Assembly: GCA_965178125.1 (NCBI GenBank)
Contig: OZ237752.1
Coordinates: 496,001-560,000 of the forward strand
Direction: 5' to 3'
Source of the DNA: Bilabrum cf. latius
Lineage: Eukaryota
Length of the DNA stretch: 64,000 nt
Both the position numbers and the translations under genes were made by a program. This document shows, piece by piece, positions 60,907 through 64,000 of the stretch (positions within the stretch are counted from its first letter, which is position 1; each line of letters begins with the position of its first letter). The notes beneath the pieces were generated by a model. That model ran no database searches and had not been told where the DNA came from. It saw only the letters and a program-made list of their open reading frames with translations.

Positions 60907-63414
60907 TTAACCCAACATCGGGGACCTCCCTGCACCGCCGCTGCTCGAAGACGAGCGCTTGTCCCCCGCGCCGCCCCGTTCGTTCGACGGGCGACCAACA
61001 CTCTCCCGCCCGAACACCCCGCTAGAATCATCATCATCATGCTCCCTGCTTGCATCCGCAGCCATAGGTGGCGGTGAGGCCGCCAGCCGCCTGGGCACCG
61101 AGGAGCCCGACGACGAGCGAGCGCCCCCGCTGGAGGAGGCACCGGCACCGGTACGTGCACCGGCACTTCCACTTCCACTTCCACTGGCATTAGCATTAGA
61201 GGCAGCACCCGCCTGGGAGACCGGAGAGGCAGGCCCGGCAATTGCCACGCCAAGGCCAGGAGCCGCGCTGCCACTGGCGGAAGGGGGGGCGACGAGGGCG
61301 CGCGCAGACCTGGGAGCACCCGCAGCCACGCCCACGACTGCCGCTGCGGGGCTATCCCTGCCGGCGCCGCGCGATGCGGAGCCGGCAGACCCCTGCCCCG
61401 ACTGCCCGTCCTGCTTGGGACTGGGAGCCACCTGCGACTTGCACACCGGGCATGAATTGTTGCTCCGGATCCACGTTGCCACGCAGTCCTTGTGGAAGTC
61501 GTGCCCGCAGTGGGGCAGGCGGGCCACCTGCTCCCCCGCCTCAAACTCGCACATGCAAATGGAGCACGTGGGGCCCTCCTCCCCGTCCTCCTCGTCGCTC
61601 GAGTCGTCCGCGCCTACGCCGGCCTTGGCCAGGGCGGCCAGGACGGCTGCTGACAGCTGCGGCTTCTCCTTCTTGGCCTTCTTGTTCCCCCCGGCGGACG
61701 CCCTGGCCGCCCTGGCCCCTGGAGTCCCCGCCGCCTCCTGCGCGTCCTTGGCCGACCACGTCCTGACGGGCAGCGCCTCCACGACGGCCCCGCTCCTGGC
61801 AGCCCACCTCTCGCTCTTCACATCCCCCAGCCTGGCGCCCAGCTCCAGCAGGGCGTCGTAGTCCCTGCCGTCGTTCCTCTCCTCCAGCACGGCACCGTCC
61901 GCGCCTCCTCCTCCTTCCCCGCCCCCCGCCGCATCCACCACGCTTTGCTCCATGACCTCGGCCTCCTGAGCAGCCCGTGCGGCCTCGGCATACCCCTCCA
62001 GCGCCTGGTCGCCGCCCACCCTCCCCGCCAGCTCCTCCTGCATGAGCTGGAGGGCCAGGGCCTGGCTCTCGTCCTGCTCCCCGCCGGCACCCGCGCCCGC
62101 TCCGCCCATCTGCGCCAGCGCCATCTGGTAGGACGCGTGCTGCAGCCGCTGCACCGCCATGCGCTGCTCTTCCTCCATCAGGCGCATGGCCAGCGCCAAG
62201 GAGTCCTCCTCACTTGTGTTCCCTGGAGCCTCTTGCTGCGCCCCTTCCTCGTCCTCATCCTCCTGCTGCTCCGGCGCGTCGGCCGCTGCGGCCTGCGATC
62301 TCGATGCACTCGTCACACCAGTCGGAGGCACCTCACCGGGGCTAAGTAGCATGGAAGCATCCCTGCTGGTACCGTCTCCCGAAAACATGCCGCCGGCACT
62401 CGACATACTGCCGCCGATCCCGCTCACATCCATGCCGCTGTCGTCTCCAACACCGCTCCCGTCTCCCCGCAGTGCAGCCAGCATCGCGCCGGAACCGCCG
62501 GGTGCCCTGGACTCGGCCTCACCAGCGGTCTGGTTTTCTGATTCCGAGTCCATAGACATGGACAGGAGCGCCGCCTCGTCGCACCCGTGCTCCGGCGACT
62601 TGCTCTCCTCCTCCTGCCCCTCCCAGCGGCGGTGATCCCGGGCACCCCCCCTCCTCCTGCCACTCGCCGCGGCTGACATATCGAGCGCCCGGCGAGGGGC
62701 AGGTCCCGATCGTAGCCCCCCAGATCTGCGCGACGAGGACGAGGAGGACCAGCCGCGGCCGCCAGAGGCAGAGGCAGCCGCTGCACCCTAGGACACTCCC
62801 GCGCTGCCCTCGTCCTGACGGCGGCGGCGCCTGCGGAACCGCTGCCTGCGCCTTGATGAAGATACTGGTGCCTGTTGCTCTGCTACCTCAGGGCTCTCAC
62901 CTGCTGCCTGCGCCGAATCGGGAAGGCCGCGACCCGCCGCCCGCACAGGAGCAGATGCTCCCGCGGCCGGCGTGTCGCCGAACATCAGGCGGGCCCTTGG
63001 CCCCGATGAAGATGGCTCGGCAGAACGTTTCGATTCAATACGAATCGAAGACATATCGCTGCCAGAGCTCATGCGCCGCTGCCCATTGTCGATTGATTCG
63101 CCAGTTGCACCTCGTGCAGGCTCCCGCGGTCGAGTGGCACCCTCATCGAGTTCATCTTCCTCTGCCATCAGTAACGAGGCCATCATAAGACTTGACTAGG
63201 ATACTTTGGGAACGTGCGTGCTAGATTCATCGCTGCTTTCGTTGCGTGCCGTTCCGTCGCCTCGTGCAGCTGCTGGCAATTCCGGCATTCGATCCAGGTC
63301 TTCAATGCGCTTCACGCCGTGTTGAGCGATATCCGGTACCGGATCCTGGTACGCAACTGGATTTGGCCCCAAATCACCGAACAACTGTCTGCAAGCCATG
63401 CTTTCGTTGTTCAT
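60907..63414 (-). CDS. RING-H2 E3 ubiquitin ligase with UIM-like motifs (BIG BROTHER/RNF38-like), about 835 aa; 2 in-frame TAG
   Basis: CSICMCEF...LPHCGHDFHKDCVATWI...CPVC, DYDALLELGARLGDV, EEDSLALAMRLMEEE. TAG at 63196 and 62788; ends TAA 60907. Confidence 0.85.
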
Positions 63415-63561
63415 GGTCTGCGACTGTAGTTCTGGCGCGCGAACGGATTTGAGCGCCTTGTAGCGTGCACTTTGAAGACCAAGTGCGACATAGTGAAGTC
63501 AAGTGCAACACTGCTGCTTTGGACCCAGTAGGCTTCGATTTATTCGCTCCAGGCTGCAGCC

Positions 63562-64000
63562 ATGCATGTGCTATCTAGCGTAGTTCTGTTTGGTTTGGGT
63601 GTCTCTGCGTAGTCGCCAAATGGTTCGCCTGCACAGTTGCAGCTTTTGGATCTTACGAAATTCCCACACGCCAAGTGTATGGACGGATCGCCGGGAGGTT
63701 TTTACGTTCAGAAGGCATTGAATGCACCTGATTCAAGCAAATGGACCATCAATTTGCAAGGCGGTGGCGAGTGCACGACAGCGAGACGTTGCATTCCCCA
63801 AATCAACTCCACGCTTGGCTCCTCCAAGAACTGGGCCGAAACTGAGTATCTGGGGTGGTATGGCATCTCAGATAAGTCGCAAAACCCTGATTTGTGGGGA
63901 TGGAACCACGTCAGGGTGGCGTACTGCTCACAGGACCTGTGGACGGGCCAAGGTACCGAAGCGTCCAACGCAACCTTCGGCGCGTACTTTGCCGGCCACC
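63562..64000 (+). CDS. Secreted Notum/pectin-acetylesterase family hydrolase, 3'-partial; 1 in-frame TAG (absent from the ORF track)
   Basis: MHVLSSVVLFGLGVSA-TAG(63610)-SPNG; AKCMDGSPGGFY, WTINLQGGGEC, LGSS, NPDLWGWNHVRVAYCSQDLWTG. Confidence 0.88.

Noticed and set aside
1-64000. Suppressor tRNA-Gln(CUA), rRNA or other structural RNA genes
   Set aside because: None recognisable by eye; tRNAscan-SE/Infernal on the whole genome would be needed.

Overview
GC-rich, gene-dense eukaryotic nuclear DNA with few, short GT-AG introns; it looks like a heterotrophic protist (possibly stramenopile/bicosoecid-like, low-confidence inference). The dominant hidden signal is a non-standard nuclear genetic code: TAG is a sense codon, best read as glutamine. 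The supplied ORF track fragments most genes at in-frame TAGs. Read through, they join into intact genes that almost all end in TGA (one in TAA), and I saw no internal TAA/TGA in any host gene I reconstructed. Direct evidence for Gln: TAG sits at the Q of four IQ motifs and alternates with CAG at the same position of a 30-bp coding repeat. Reconstructed genes: nitrilase (partial), NmrA-like oxidoreductase, CDC73, ankyrin protein, SH2 protein with repeated Tyr motifs, 13-finger C2H2 protein, UBE3D/HECT_2-like, SPRY protein, BUD22-like RGG protein, coiled-coil membrane protein, GBP GTPase, DDX24/MAK5 helicase, giant IQ-repeat protein, ubiquitin-like protein, G8/TMEM2-like surface protein, nucleoredoxin, RING-H2 E3, and a Notum/pectin-acetylesterase-like gene (partial). 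The second main finding is a duplicated non-LTR retroelement that also uses TAG as sense. It combines a sense APE-RT ORF with an antisense, RT-less zinc-knuckle/restriction-like endonuclease (RLE) ORF, and a third diverged stand-alone RLE ORF lies nearby. All coordinates are hand-derived; no searches were run.
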